A stretch of 64,000 nt of DNA from the human T2T-CHM13v2.0 reference genome, Homo sapiens. Shown in pieces: positions 12,401 to 27,865 of the stretch. The notes under the pieces are model-generated. The model was not told the origin of the DNA. It made no database searches and saw only the letters and a program-made list of their open reading frames with translations. Both the position numbers and the translations under genes were made by a program. Where the stretch lies: the NCBI RefSeq assembly GCF_009914755.1, contig NC_060947.1; one strand, written 5' to 3'. Every line of letters begins with the position of its first letter. The first letter of the stretch is position 1.

Positions 12401-15400
12401 TGGATTCATTGATTTTTTTGAAATGTTTTTTGTGTCCCTATCTCCTTCAGTTCTGCTCTGATCTTAGTTATTTCTTGTCTTCTGCTAGCTTTTGAATGTG
12501 TTTGCTCTTGCTTCTCTAGTTCTTTTAATTGTGATGTTAGGATGTCGATTTTAGATCTTTCCCGCTTTTTTCTGTGGGCATTTAGTGCTATCAATTTCCC
12601 TCTAAACACTGCTTTAGCTGTGTCCCAGAGATTCTGGTATGTTGTGTCTTTGTTCTCATCGGTTTCAAAGAATTTATTTATTTCTGCCTTAATTTTGTTA
12701 TTTACCCAGTAGTTATTCAGGAGCAGGTTGTTCAGTTTCCAGGTAGTTGTGTGGTTTTTAGTGAGTTTCTTAATCCTGAGTTCTAGTTAGATTGCACTGT
12801 GGTCTGAGAGACTGTTATGATTTCCGTTCTTTTGCATTTGCTGAGTAGTGTTTTACTTCCAATTATGTGTTCAATTTTAGAATAAGTGGGACAGGGTGCT
12901 GAGTAGAATGTATATTCTATTGATTTGGGGTGGAGAGTTCTGTAAATGTCTATTAGGTCCTCTAGGTCCAGAGCTGAGTTCAAGTTCTGAATATACTTGT
13001 TAATTTTCTGTCTCATTGATCTGTTTAATATTGACAGTGGGGTGTTAAAATCTCCCACTGTTATTGTATGGGAGTCTAAGTCTCTTTGTAGGTCTCTAAG
13101 AACTTGCTTTACGAATCTGGGTGCTCCTGTATTGGGTGCATATATATTTAGGATAGTTAGCTCTTCTTGTTGCATTGATCCCTTTATCATTATGTAATGC
13201 CCTTCTTTGTCTTTTTTGATCTTTGTTGGTTTAAAGTCTGCTTTATCAGAGACTAGGATTGCAACCCCTGCTCTTTTTTTGCTCTCCATTTGCTTGGTAA
13301 ATATTTGTCCATCCCTTTATTTTGAGCCTATGTGTGTCTTTGCACGTGAGATGGTTCTCCTGAATATAGCACACTGATGGGTCTTGACTCTATCCAATTT
13401 GCCAGTCTGTGTCTTTTAATTGGGGTAGTTAGCCCACTTACATTTAATATTGTTATGCATAAATTTGATCCTGTCATTATGATGCTAGCCAGTTATTTTG
13501 CCCATTAGTTGATGCAGTTTCTTCATACAATTTGGTATGTTTTTACAGTGGCTTGTACCGGTTTTTCCTTTCCATATTTAGTGCTTCCTTCAGGAGGTCT
13601 TGTAAGGGAGGCCTGGTGGTGGCAAAATCTCTCAACATTTGCTTGTCTGTAAATGATTTTATTTCTCCTTCGCTTATGAAGCTTAGTTTGGCTGGATATG
13701 AAATTCTGGGTTGGAAATTATTTTCTCTAAGAGTGTTGAATATTGGCCCCCACTCTCTTCTGGCTTGTATGGTTTCTGCAGAGATCCGCTGTTAGTCTGA
13801 TGGGCTTCCCTTTGTGGGTAACCCGACCTTTCTTTCTGGCTGCCCTTAACATTTTTCCTTCATTTCAACCTTGGTGAATCTGACGATTATGTGTCTTGGG
13901 GTTGCTCTTCTCGAGGACTATCTTTGTGGTGTTCTCTGGATTTCCTGAATTTGAATGTTGGCCTGTCTTGCTAGGTTGGGAAGTTCTCCTGGATAATATC
14001 CTGCAGAGTGTTTTCCAACTTGGTTCCATTCTCCCCGTCACTTTCAGGTACACCAATCAAACGTAGGTTTGGTCTTTTCTCATAGGTTTGGTCTTTTCTC
14101 ATTGTCCCATATTTCTTGGAGGCTTGTTTGTTCCTTTTCATTCTTTTTTATCTAATCTTGTCTTCACACTTTATTCCATTAAGTTGATCTTCAATCTCTG
14201 ACATCCTTCCGCTTGATTGATTAGGCTATTGATACTTGTGTAAGCTTCACAAAGTTCTTGTGCTGTGTTTTTCAGTTCCATCGGGTCATTTATGTCCTTC
14301 TCTAAACTGGTTATTCTAGTTAGCAATTCCTCTAACCTTTTTTCAAGGTTCTTAGCTTCCTTGTATTGGGTTAGAACATGCTCCTTTAGCTCAGAGGAAT
14401 TTATTATTACCCACCTTCTGAAGCCTACTTCTGTCAATTTATCAAACTCATTCTCTGTCCAGTTTTGTTCCCTTGCTGGCAAGGAGTTGTGATCCTTTGG
14501 AGGAGAAGAGGTATTCTGGTTTTCAGAATTTTCAGCCTTTTTGCTCTGGTTTTTCCTTATCTTTGTGGATTTATCTATCTTTGGTCTTTGATGCTGGTGA
14601 CTTTTGGATGGGGTTTGTATGGACATCCTTTTTGTTGATGTTGCCCCTATTCCTTTGTGTTTGTTAGTTTTCCTTCTAACAGTCAGGCCTCTCTGCTGCA
14701 GGTCTGCTGGAGTTTGCTGGAGGTCCACTCCAAAGCCTGTTTGCCTGGGTATCATCAGTGGAGGCTGCAGAACAGCAAAGACTGCTGCCTATTCCTTCCT
14801 CTGGAAGCTTTATCCCAGAGGGTCGCCTACCAGATGCCAGCCGGAGATTTCCTGTATGAGGTGTCTGTCGACCCCTGCTAGGAGGTGTCTCCCAGTCAGG
14901 AGGCATGAGGGTCAGGGTCCCACTTGAGGAGGCAGTCTGTCCCTTAGCAGAGCTCGAGTGCTGCGCTGGGAGATCCGTTGCTGTCTTCAGAACCAGCAGG
15001 CAGGAACCTTTAAGTCCACTGAAGCTGTGCCCACGGCCGCCCCTTCTCCCGCTTGCTGTGTCCCAGGGAGATGGGAGTTTTATCTATAAGCCCCTGACTT
15101 TCTTTCAGAGATGCCCTGCTCAGAGAGGAGGAATCTAGAGAGGCAGTCTGGCTACACTGGCTTTGCCAAGCTGCGGTGGGCTCCACCCAGTTCGAACTTC
15201 CCGGTGGCTTTGTTCACACTTTGAGGGAAAAACCACCTACTCAAGCCTCAGTAATGGCAGACGCCCCTCCCTGCACCAAGCTTGAGCGTCCCAGGTCGAC
15301 TTCAGACTGCTGTGCTGGCAGCAAGAATTTCAAGCCAGTGGATCTTAACTTGCTGGGCTCTGTGGGGGTGGAATCCACTGAACTAGACCACTTGAGTCCC

Positions 15401-15888
15401 TGGTTTCAGCCCCCTTTCCAGGGGAGTGAACGGTTCTGTCTCACTGGCATTCCAGGCACCACTGGGGTATGAAAAAAAACTCCTGCAGCTAGCTCCATGT
15501 CTGCCCAAATGGCCGCCCAGTTTTGTGCTTGAAACCCAGGGCTCTGGTGGTGTAGGTTCCTGAGGGAATCTCCTGGTCTGTGGGTTGCAAAGACCGTGGG
15601 AAAAGCATAGTATCTGGGCCGGAATGCAGCATTCCTCACTGCACAGTCCCTCACAGCTTCCCTTGGCTAGGGGAGGGAGTTCCCCGACCCCTTGTGCTTC
15701 CCAGGTGATGCGACACCCCACCCTGCTTTGGCTCACCCTCCATGGGCTGCACCCACTGTCTAACCAGTCCCAATGAGATGAGCTGGGAACCTCAGTTGGA
15801 AATGCAGAAATCACCTGCCTTCTGCGTTGATCTCACTGGGAGCTGCAGACCAGAGCTGTTCCTATTCGGCCATCTTGCCAGCCACTCC
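9452..15888 (-). mobile_element. Full-length (~6.4 kb) L1PA7-like LINE-1 with disrupted ORF1 and ORF2
   Basis: 5' end ggagtggctggcaagatggccgaatagg with YY1 site. ORF track fragments match ORF1p (14171-14755), endonuclease (12783-13289) and RT (11769-12203, 11291-11527 with FADDMI). 14-bp TSD ggtattgcattttt at 9438 and 15889. Confidence 0.95.
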
Positions 15889-16937
15889 GGTATTGCATTT
15901 TTATCATCCCTAAGAAATAGAAATTGGATAAGCATTTGTAGAACACTTAAAAAGCCCTAGATGAGTATAACAAGACCATATATTGTAAATCTAAATGAGA
16001 AATTAGGCATTTATCTTTAAAAAATAAATGAATAAAGAGCTTCCATAGTTATGGAAGCAATTATATTTAGCAGCTTATATTTTAGTAAAACAAAAAGGTT
16101 TTAAACAATATATGTTCGAACTATGCCACTAATTTCTACATAATTTTTTTCCAATGAAAAACCTTTTTCTTGGCAATGTCATTTTAATTTTATTTCTAAA
16201 CAATTGCTCTTTTAATTGGATCTTTATTGGTTATTAAGTATTATGAAAGAGGCAGGTAGTCTGCTTCTTGTACAATTATTACAAAGAATAACAACAAACC
16301 CGGAAACCTGTCTGCAATGAACCTCAAACCAAATGTTGTGGTAATGATTATAAGAAGAAAACAATGTTCCTGAAAAATTATCAGTAATGTTTTTTCACAG
16401 GAGTGTAAATGTGATTACTTTAATCCCTGTATTCCACTACTCAGACCATGGGAATCTTACTCAAAAGGAAACGGAAATAAATAAAAACTTGGCTAGGGTG
16501 CTTAAGTTTTTCAGAGTCATGGAAAAATTCTGGAATGATTTGAAAAAGGCTTCTGTGTAACAGAATAATTGTAATAAGAGAATGTAAATCTCTTCTTTAA
16601 TTAAAGGAGATTTTTAGTCTATCTAAAGAGAGTGTTGGGGAAAAATCTAATAGGAATAGTAAATGTAGCTATTAAGATTTTCAGTAGCACGAGATTTTAT
16701 TTTGACAAATGAAGTATTTTTCTGCTAAACACTTTTTAAAGTAGTTTATTTTTTTAAAAACATACATATTTTTGAAACCAGGAAAAAAATTTCCCTAGTA
16801 AACAAATCATTTTTTTAAGTTAGAGATTGTTTTTCTCTTCTTTTCTCCTATTCCTTAAAATCTACATATAGACACAAGTTTAAGGCTGAGAAACATAATT
16901 TTACAATAGTCATTTTTCTATTAAATACAATTTTTAA

Positions 16938-17120
16938 AATATTTATTGAATGTTTGTCCTGTGCTAAGCATATGCTAAATACTTCCCATTCACCCTCTTA
17001 GTTTACACCTGCAATGAACATATGAGGTACTCATTAGACCCATTTTAAAGCTGAGCAATCTGAGGCTTAGAGAAGCTTTGGCTAACAGCCCAAATCATGC
17101 AGTTACTAAGTGGCCAAGGC
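16938..17120 (-). mobile_element. MIR
   Basis: atttattgaatg...cccattttaaagctgagcaatctgaggcttagagaag core. Confidence 0.7.
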
Positions 17121-18484
17121 GTATACCTTCCCCTGGCATAGAATATTAAAAAGGACATATTAAGTCATGTGCAAATATCACCAAATCTGCTGCAGAATAC
17201 ATAGGATTTTAATGGTAAAAATAGCAAAATAATTCAAAGGGTGCTCATTGGTCACCTAAACTACTTTATCTTTTAGAAAACCTTCAAAAGCCAGTTTCCT
17301 TGGGAACAGGAAAATCTGACAGTCTTTGCTATTATTGCACTTGTCCCCTCACACCCACCCTGCTTCCTCCACTGGCTTCATGCTTCTCCTCTCCCTATCA
17401 CTAAGGAGGAGTACTGTTAAGAAAAATCTCTGTGTGACTTCGATTTCATCAACTTGTCAATTTCATGGAAGCAGGTTAATTCTGTAGAGAAGTTTTTGTT
17501 GTTGCTGATGATAAGTATTTGGTCTATACACGTTATATTACACAGGATCAAATGAATTTTAATAAAGTTTTGTTTCTCTAATATCATACTACTCTGTAAA
17601 CTCTGAGTAGTGAGACTAAAGATGAAAGCCTGAAGGATCCTCCTAAGCCTCCTCTAATACTCCTACTCTTACCATTTTCCTACTTTCTTCCTTCTTTTCT
17701 CTCTTCATCTCCTTTTATCTATATTTTAACCTTATGTCTAAATCACTTTCTTACACTTTATCTACCCTCCAATAGGGGATCAAAAATAATGTGAAGAGAA
17801 GGAAATTGTATGGCTGATAGTGAACAGTGATAGTATAATCTAGTGTATTGGTAGGTTACATCTGCCTTTACTGTGCATAATACAACAATCATCCCCCACC
17901 AGTTTTAGGTTTATAATTTCTCCCCAAAATAGGGTAATCTTGAAAGTATGTCTTTGGGGTATTTTTACCACCCCTGAACAAAACTTGTATGCTACATATT
18001 TTATTTCCTAAGGGTCGTGTTTATTAAGCATCCTATAGTTAAAACCAACTAATAAACCAAAACTAAATTCATCTAATTTGGCTTTCTCGCAAGGATAGAA
18101 TCTCATGGGGTCTTTTCAACATCCTTGGAAGCACATGAGGTTCATGGCTATCTAGAATCCCAGGATCTAAGTACCTAAGATTGGCAGCCATAATTCTAGC
18201 TTTGTAAGTTAATTTTCTTCTTCCTTCTTTTTTTATTTTTTTAAAATATGTTGGTTGTACTCGTTGTTCTTTCTATACCACATTGTTAACATAAAATGAG
18301 CATAACAGAGATACCATGTATAACAAAAGATGATTATTAAAATCTACAGGATTCAGAATTGTGTTATAGAAAACAGTAATGTTTTAGTTTTAGGAACAAA
18401 TGCATGGGTTTGTTTTTTTTTTTCTGCAGCAAAATGTCAAAGCAGTGTTAGTTCAGGTCCCTATTAAAACTACATGCTCTTCCT

Positions 18485-19505
18485 GATCCATAGAAGAGAA
18501 AAAGATAAATTGGAATTCATCAAAATGTAAAAGTTCTCTTCAAAAAAACACAGTTAAGACCATGAAATAACAAGCCCTGAGCTGAGAGAAAATATTTGCA
18601 AAACATAGATCAAATAAATAAATTTTATCTTAAACATATAAAGAAACATCAAAACTCAACAATAAGAAAACAAAACCTCAGTTAAAGCTGGGAAAAATAG
18701 TTGAGTAGACATTTTACCAAAATATCTCTGTGAATAACAATCACATTAAAAGGTATTCAACATCATTATTCATTAAGAAAATGCAGATTACAATGTAGTA
18801 GTACTAGACGCTTATTAAAATGGTTGAAATTAAAATGACTAACCACACTATTTCCAAGGATGTAGAGGAGCTGGATTCCCATACACTGTTGGTAGGAATG
18901 AAAAATAGAACCGCTTTGGAAAATTGCCAGGCAGTTTCCTTAACAGTTAAACATACATATACCATCCATAGGATTTTACCCAAAAGATATGAAAGCATAT
19001 ATCTGTACAGAGATTTGTATGTTCATAACCATATGTACATAGCAGCTTTATTTGTAATTTATAAAAGTTGGAAACACCCCAATGTCTGTCAACAGGCAGA
19101 TCACTAAACAAATTTTGTTATACTGATACCATAGAATTCTACTCAGCAATAAAAGAAATGAACTATTGACACATGTGAATGAATCTCAAAATAATTATGT
19201 CAAATAAAAGAAGCTAGACCAAAGAGAGTACACACTGTATGTTTTCATTTATATAAAATTCTAGAAAGTGTATACTCTAGTGATAGAAAACAGATATTTC
19301 GTTGCCTGAGGAAATGGTAGATTGGCATGAAGGAAGCAGAAAGGGAAAGGTTTACAAATGAACACAAGGAAAATTTCCAGAGTGGTTGCTTTGATTTAGA
19401 CTGTTTTGATAGTTGCATGAGGCTATACAAATGTTAACACTTCTCACATTTTATACTTTAAATATGAGCGATTTAACGTATGTCAATTACACCTCAATAA
19501 TCCTG
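18485..19505 (+). mobile_element. Ancient L1M (MC/ME-type) ORF2 end and 3'UTR
   Basis: gaaaatatttgcaaaacat, aaatgcagattacaa, aatgaatctcaaaataattatg, tatgtcaattacacctcaataa. Confidence 0.75.
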
Positions 19506-21745
19506 CTACAAATCACTGTATGCTTCAGAGACTGTACTCACCATTCCCAGGGAAGTATTTCTCAGCAGGATAATGACGGTAGTTGAGAACTGTCACCCAA
19601 CATTGGAAGTACTGCACAAACAGGGTGTGTAAGTGGAGCTTACAACCACTTATAGATTTCTTTTGGGCACTGGCAATGCCAAGTGCAAGATAATTAATGC
19701 AGAATAATTAATGAAGCCTCTGTATTTCAATAATTAGAGAAGCTTTACATGGCTATCATCTGTCTCCATTCATCAACTTATCTTAGTTTTATCAATGTGC
19801 TTTAGTCAAGTATGTTTTACTGGTATCAAATGCAACTGTAATCACCTGCTTGGATGCACTGCACTATGAAGGTGGCTTCCTAAGTCTCCATGTAAAACCT
19901 TCGATTTTAAAGTTTTAGAATCGCTGAAGGATCTTCTAACCCTACAAATTTAAATAGGGTGTTTTATTCCTTATATATTAGAAAAGCATTTTTGAAGAGT
20001 ATTTGAATTTGAAAAGAAATTCTAAAAAATGTATGACGTTTGAATAAAATAGTTTTTTATAACAAACCCTTATATCTTAAATTCTTATCTAAATACTATA
20101 CATGAGAAAAGCCTACCAAATCATGTTTTCATTTGACTGTAAATAACCCCTCACAAGATATACAAATTATTTTTGATTTGCCAAGCAAGACACACACACA
20201 CACAAACACACACACGTGAGCACACACATGCACACAAACGAAGAGTTTTATCTTCTCAATATACATGCAAAATATATCCTGGTAGTTCTGAATTCAAATG
20301 TAAAGACTTTTACAGGTGGATTCATTAACCATTAGAGCCTTTCTTCCTAAAGCAACCTGAATTTATATTCAGTAGAGCGTCTACAGCCTGACTTATATTC
20401 CCAGGGAGAACTAAGTCTATAATACATAATCAAGAATTAAAAGTGAATGTTGTGCCAATTAAATATGGGCCTCATGGAAAATACTGGAGTTGTAGGAGTG
20501 TCTTTCCTTCAGCCTGACAGAATGTATGCCATTGTATGCTTTTCTTCAGGTTTCTAAGTCTTCCTTGATGGTTCTTATATATTTTATGTTTTATTATACT
20601 CCTGTTATTGCACTACTATGTTTTTAATATTTTAGAAACCATTTTATTTTTGAAATGCACTGTTTCTTCTCTTTAGTAATAGCTGGATACTTGCTGCTAT
20701 ATGCCAAGTATTAGTCTGGAGGCCAATTCTGGCATGAAAGTCAAAGGACAGATCATTTCATGTAATAACAGAAAATGTAGTATGTGTCATGATTCATTGA
20801 TGTATTAACACTAAAGAATTTATCTCTAGCCATTCATCTAAATTAGAATTGGGACTAGAATTAGTACGTATCTTGATTTGAGGATCAGGGTGCTGAAAGA
20901 AAAGGTCTAGTGCTCACGATTCCTGGAGGGTAACACCATGAAGGCAGCTAAAACTGGTATGAAACATCAGAGCCACCTTGGAAAGCAGAGATGGTAAAAG
21001 CAAAAAGGAGAGTTTTGAGGACCATGAAGGGATCTGAGAAAACCTAATCTACTCTCTTCATGGTAGATCAAAACCCTCATTTTGCACACCATTCCTCTCA
21101 CCTAAAAGATCATACAATGCTTTGTAGCAACCAAAACTTGTTTTGAAAGACAAGTAGCACCTGATTGTTTTTTATGCTTTTACAACTATGCAATAAACAA
21201 CACTGGTGATGGGAGCAAGCTAGCAAAATACAAATTAGATTTCAGTGAAACTTTTGGCATCATCCTTCCAGGCTTTCTAATGAAATGAGCTAGGAGAGGG
21301 TGGGAGACAAATGAAGTCCAAAATCCCTATATACCCATATCATGTTAAGAGAGTTATTTTTAAAGGGATGTATAATCATCTGGCCATCACTTCTAGGCAT
21401 TTGCCTGTTAACATAAGAAGAGAACAGTGGGAAGAAAGAGAAAATGGAAAAAGCAGTAATCTACATTGGATAATACTTTAACATTTCCTATGGTGGTATG
21501 GTCACTAAGTTTCTTTCAACATTAATAAGAGATGGTATGTTGGAAACAATCTGTCTGTCCACAGGCAAACATGTATGATTTCATTTATACTTGGAATGTA
21601 AAGTAGTCATATTTATAGAAGCAGTGAGTAGTAAGGTGGTGGCTAGGGGCTGTGGGAGAGGGAACGGGGAAGATGTTGGTCAAAGTATAGAAACTTGCAG
21701 TTATAAAGTGGGTAAGTTCTAGAGACCTCATAATAGCATGTTGAC

Positions 21746-23288
21746 TGTAGGTGGAGAAAGATGTGATACTTTTCCTTCTTGAGCATAAGGATCAGGGTCA
21801 ACGCTCATATAACAAAAGGCAGGTTAACAATAGGAAAGTATAACAAATTTATTTAATCAAATTTTTATATGACACAGGAGCCCTCAGAAATTGATAGTGA
21901 CAGGTGGCAGTCAAATGCCTAGGCAGATAGGGGCAGATCTCCTGTGAAACCCCACCTCCAAGAGGAAGACAGTTTAAAGCCTGAAAGCTAAGCTACAAGT
22001 TAAATCCTCACAGGATTGAGAATCTTCCCTTTTGGCAAGCCTTCCTGTGATTGATCCTCACCTTTCACCTATTTTACATATACCTACCCTTTCCTAATTG
22101 GTTTTCTACACTGTTGTGCCCACCTTTGAGTGGTATCTTCACTTTAACCTTTTTTGCGTACTCACAAACCAGCCAGCATACACTCCCCATTCTGAGTCTA
22201 TAAACAACCAGGGACCCAGCCACACAGGGAGAAACCACCTGACTGCGGGGGTGGGGGAACAACCCCGTGCCCCTACATCCCCTCTCCTCTGAGAGCTGTT
22301 CCATCACTCAATAAAATCCTCTGCTTTCATCACCCTTCGATCCTCAGCATGACCTTATTCTTCTTGGATGCTGGACAAGAGCTTGGGACCCACAGAGCAC
22401 GGGTACTCTGAAAGGCTGTTGCACTGGCCTTTTGCCCTCACTGGTGGATGGCAGAATCCCTGTATGATGGGGCAAGAGGCCAACTGAGCTGCTAACATGC
22501 CGCCATTCATCAAGCTGTGGATGGTGGAACTAAAAGAGCTAATTAACACAGTAACACCCCTTCTGGGGCTTCCGTATCATGTGCTCCCCTGCCTGGGTGC
22601 CGCTGCATTTCCCTCGATGTAACTTACACACCTGGTCTGGCTGTGGGCCCGGCACAGAGGTTGCTTCTGTGTTGGCACTTGGACTGGCCAGCTGAACCCC
22701 CGCACTCATTGCTCATGTGCTCCCTCCTGCAAGGGGCTGAGCATGGCTGGCCAAGTAGACAGGATGCCCCTGCTGCGTGTCTGGCAAAGGGGCCAAGAAA
22801 AATCATGCTTCAAAATGAACATCCAAAGACCCAGGGAAAACAGTCTGTTTTTATGCTTAGGTGCAATGAAGAATTAACAGCTGCATAGAAATGTAATTGT
22901 ACAAAAAGTATGATCTAGTGGTAATAGACTGAGGAAGGAAACCCAACAAGGCCTTTCCAAAATTTTCTTGGACACCCTGTGTGGCATTCCTTCCCCGAGG
23001 GTATGAGGCAGGACCCCTCTGAAATTAGGGTCTTCAAAGAGAAAGCAGAAGGGAGATAGTGACCTTTCTAGGTCTTATGTCTTGCTCTGGGAGAGAGCGG
23101 TTCTAGATCCTATGACCTGCCTTGAGGGTGAGGAATTATGTTTGGGAGAAGGAGACAGGGGAGCAGGAGAAAGTCAGAGAGACTTGTTTCTGAGACTGTA
23201 TCTGAAGCCTTCCAACCTCCTTTTCTTCAAATTACTCAGCATGCCAAAACCACCATACTTTGGGGTATTGTGTTCTCAGCTCCAACTG
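21746..23288 (-). mobile_element. ERV1 MER31/MER4-group-like solo LTR, interrupted by a younger LTR
   Basis: Flanked by a tgac-like duplication. Minus-strand polyA signal (tttattta). Collinear across the 21892-22812 insert. Confidence 0.6.
21892..22812 (+). mobile_element. MER50-like ERV1 solo LTR
   Basis: tgatagtgacaggtggcagtcaaatgcc...aaatcatgcttca. TATAAA and AATAAA present. 4-bp TSD aaat. Confidence 0.72.
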
Positions 23289-23509
23289 TGACTACAGTTA
23301 ATAATAATGTATTGTATACTTGAAATTTGCTAAGAGAGTAGATCTTAAGTGTTCTCACCTCACACAAAAAAGATGGATATGTTAACTAGCTTGATTGTGG
23401 TGATTATTTCACAATATATGGGTATATAAAAACATCAAATTGTATACCTTAAGTATATCCAGATTTTATTTGTCAATTATACCTCAATAAAGCTGAAAGA
23501 GAGAAAGAC

Positions 23510-23760
23510 AGACAGTAATGGCACAGAGATACATAACAAAGACTCTGGATACTTTGGTTCAACTCCCAGGTATACCACTGATTAGTTACATGAATGTCAA
23601 CAATTTACTTAAGTTCTTCATGCCTTAGTTTCTTCTCCTCTGTAAAACAGGAAAAATAACAGCATCTATATCAATCAGATGTTTTTGAGAATCAGAGAAA
23701 AAAATATATATATAGTGTTTGTAGTTACGATTAATAAAAGAGCCATGTGTTGCTCAGTAG
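23510..23760 (+). mobile_element. MIR
   Basis: ggttcaactcccagg...ccttagtttcttctcctctgtaaaacaggaaaaataac. Confidence 0.65.
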
Positions 23761-24064
23761 CTATTAGAAGACATAAAAATGAAACTGATAATCACAAGCA
23801 AAATTCTCATTAATCTCAAATACTATACATAGTTTTCTCAAAGATACAAGTAAGTGGTTGATTTTATATTTGTATATTCTAAACCAACTTCCAAATAGAT
23901 TTTTTTCTAAGGCTTGCTTTATTTACATATTAAAAGATAAAATTTAATTAACACTGTTGTTTGCATGCAAAGAATGTTCTTACATGATTTTTTCTAAATA
24001 GTTTTCTAATGTCAGCAGATAAAATGAGGTGAAAATTGAAGTCAGTGTATTAAAAAAGAGTGAT

Positions 24065-24235
24065 AAACATTATTGAGCACTTACTAGGCAAGCCCATTTC
24101 ATATATTTTTATTTAATACCTATAACCACCCTGAAGGGTTAAATATTATCTATATTTTACAAATAAGAAACCTGACATTTGGTAAGGTTAAGTAAATTAT
24201 CCAAGGTCACACAACCAGAGAATGACATAATTAAG
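24065..24235 (-). mobile_element. MIR interrupted by MER9
   Basis: attgagcacttact...attttacaaataagaaacctga...aaattatccaaggtcacacaa. Confidence 0.7.
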
Positions 24236-25504
<1,269 letters not shown>

Positions 25505-25989
25505 AAGAAGATCTCTCATGTATTTAGTGCCCTCTACATGTTCTGTTAGTGGCTTCACAGCACTACCACCCCTTGATAGCATAACAACTAGTAATGTTGG
25601 GAGTAATCATATTTTCATTCCATGCATAAGAAAATTGGGGGGTTGAATAACCAGACCGAGGTCCCAGAGGCGGGAGGTGTCTCAGAGTCTGTCTTGCACG
25701 TAATATGGATTATAAAAGCAATCATATGCTGATAATCGCCTTTGAGTTTTAAAAAGCTATATTTAAAAATAAAATATTACATATTTCTATTATACATAAA
25801 TTAAAATTAGATTTTGTGAAAAATGATACTAAGTTGTTACAATAATATTGTTGAAAATCTTGAAATAGCTGCACACCATTTAAGTGGCAAAAATCAAAGG
25901 ATGGCTTGCTCAGGATATAAAAAGTACCTTGGCTTATATTCAAGAACAAAGAAAAGTCTCAAAAAAGCTCTCATTAAAAAGAAAAGTAT

Positions 25990-26140
25990 TTTACACACAA
26001 AAATGGTAACTATGTTAGGTAATGGATATGCTGATTAGCTTGATTGTGGTAATTATTTCACTATAAATATATTAACACATCACATTTTACACACTAAATA
26101 TATACAATTTTGGTTAATCAGACCTCACTAAAGCTGGAGA
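25990..26140 (+). mobile_element. L1M 3' terminal fragment
   Basis: aaaatggtaactatgttaggtaatggatatgctgattagcttgattgtggt...aaagctgga. Confidence 0.7.
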
Positions 26141-27811
26141 AAATAGCATTTCTTGATTTCTTGATATTTTAAAAAATATTTAACATTTGTTTTGTAAAAG
26201 CAATAATAAAATTAGCCTATTTTAAAGGAATCGTATTTAAAAAAATAAACCTCATTCTCAAAGTTACTATTATGGTTATGGTATATTGCCTTAAGAAAAA
26301 GATTAATGGTAAAAATCAATTAAAATATGTAATATTGGCTTTACCTTGAAATGTTTCCAAGGGATATTTTAAGAAACCATTGAATATCAAATTGTTTGAC
26401 TTCTGAATATGTTTCTTTGAAACACAATAACAGTTAAATAGAAAGTTGAAAGGTATAAGACATGCAATTTTGCCATTACAATGTGGTGGAAAGCAGAAAT
26501 ATCCTGACCAAAGTTAAATGAAAATGCAAAATTAAATGGCAATACATTTGCTTGGCATCACTTTTTAAAAATAAATGGGGCAAGCAGTGCTTCTCCACAC
26601 ACATAATATTAGAAATCAAATTTTGGATTAAATTTTCCATTTTGAAGATGGCAATTGGCAACAAATATCTTTCTGAAAAGTATATCATTTCAGAGAGTGG
26701 CAGAATGATGACTATAAAAACTATTTTTATCTTGCTTTAATGTAGGCCTAACATAAGACCTTTATTGTGCTCACATTAAGCATTTTATTTAGACATTAAG
26801 CAGAAGTTTTCTAATATCGTATATTTACGAAAGTGGAATAAAAGCTTGTTTGCCAATTATTTGGATGAGGCTTTCTTGTGCCAATGTCATAATAGATCTT
26901 TTTCTAGTGTGCTAACTTCTGAATTGCAAATTTTTAGGAGGTGTCTTAGCTATAATTCACAGTTGTGCTGAACTAAATGAATACAGTCACTTTTCAGCAA
27001 GTAAAGCACTTACAGCTGCTATTGAACAAAAATACAAGGTATTGTTTGATTATGTTAAAATTGATCACTGTTACTTATTTTCTGGAGCTACCAGCTTAAA
27101 TGACTATTTGTTACTCTTAAGGGTCATGAATAATAAGAGAGAATTTCAGACTATTATGAATGTGCAGGGTAAAGACTAAATATACCGATACAAGTGGAAA
27201 CCACCTTTAACATGGGTTCTCAGCATTTTTTTTTAATGTGGAGTAAACAAAGTTAAAATCACCTTGGTAACTGCATGAATCTGAGTCCCTGCAGTGTTCT
27301 GTAATGTCTAATGACTTATTGCAAGTACATGCACATGAAAATATTTTTGTTGTGTGACGTTCAGAGATAATTTTAGGACATCAGGCCATGATCAGTATAT
27401 TAAATACTTATAACTTGAATTTTGTTCTTACATCTAAAGAAATCACAATTTAATAAATGATACTTATGGCATTTCCCTGTTGCACTTCAATCAACATCGT
27501 AGGCAACAGAAAGACAGTCTATTACTTGATGATCCTTCTTCAGTTTATATAATTTCTTGAGGGGTCACAAATAAAATGTCACTAGTGAACCAAGAGAATA
27601 ATTCAAAAATTAAAAGTTCGCAATGTTATCTAGAAGTCACTCATAAGAGATAATTATGATGTCTTATGTTTAAGTTAAATCCATGGCAGAAGTTCACAGT
27701 GAGGTAAATTTTGTTTAAAATAAGTTAGTGCCAGCCTTTTCTGGCAATATGCTGAAAAGGATGTTCAGAGAATCTTATCCCAGTTAAATATATCTGAAAA
27801 TTTTACATTCA

Positions 27812-27822
27812 ACACACATGCA

Positions 27823-27862
<40 letters not shown>
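27812..27862. repeat. Alternating purine-pyrimidine tract (CA/TG/CG)
   Basis: acacacatgcatgcgcgcgcgcacacacac... Confidence 0.9.

Positions 27863-27865
<3 letters not shown>

Larger units (their letters stand above)
21575..23497 (+). mobile_element. L1MA/MB 3' end split by nested LTRs (21746-23288)
   Basis: gttctagagacctc...agcatgttgac resumes as gtgactacagttaataataatgtattgtatacttgaaatttgctaagagagtagatctt. Confidence 0.75.

Noticed and set aside
9452-15888. Retrotransposition-competent L1
   Set aside because: ORF1 and ORF2 are broken into many short frames.
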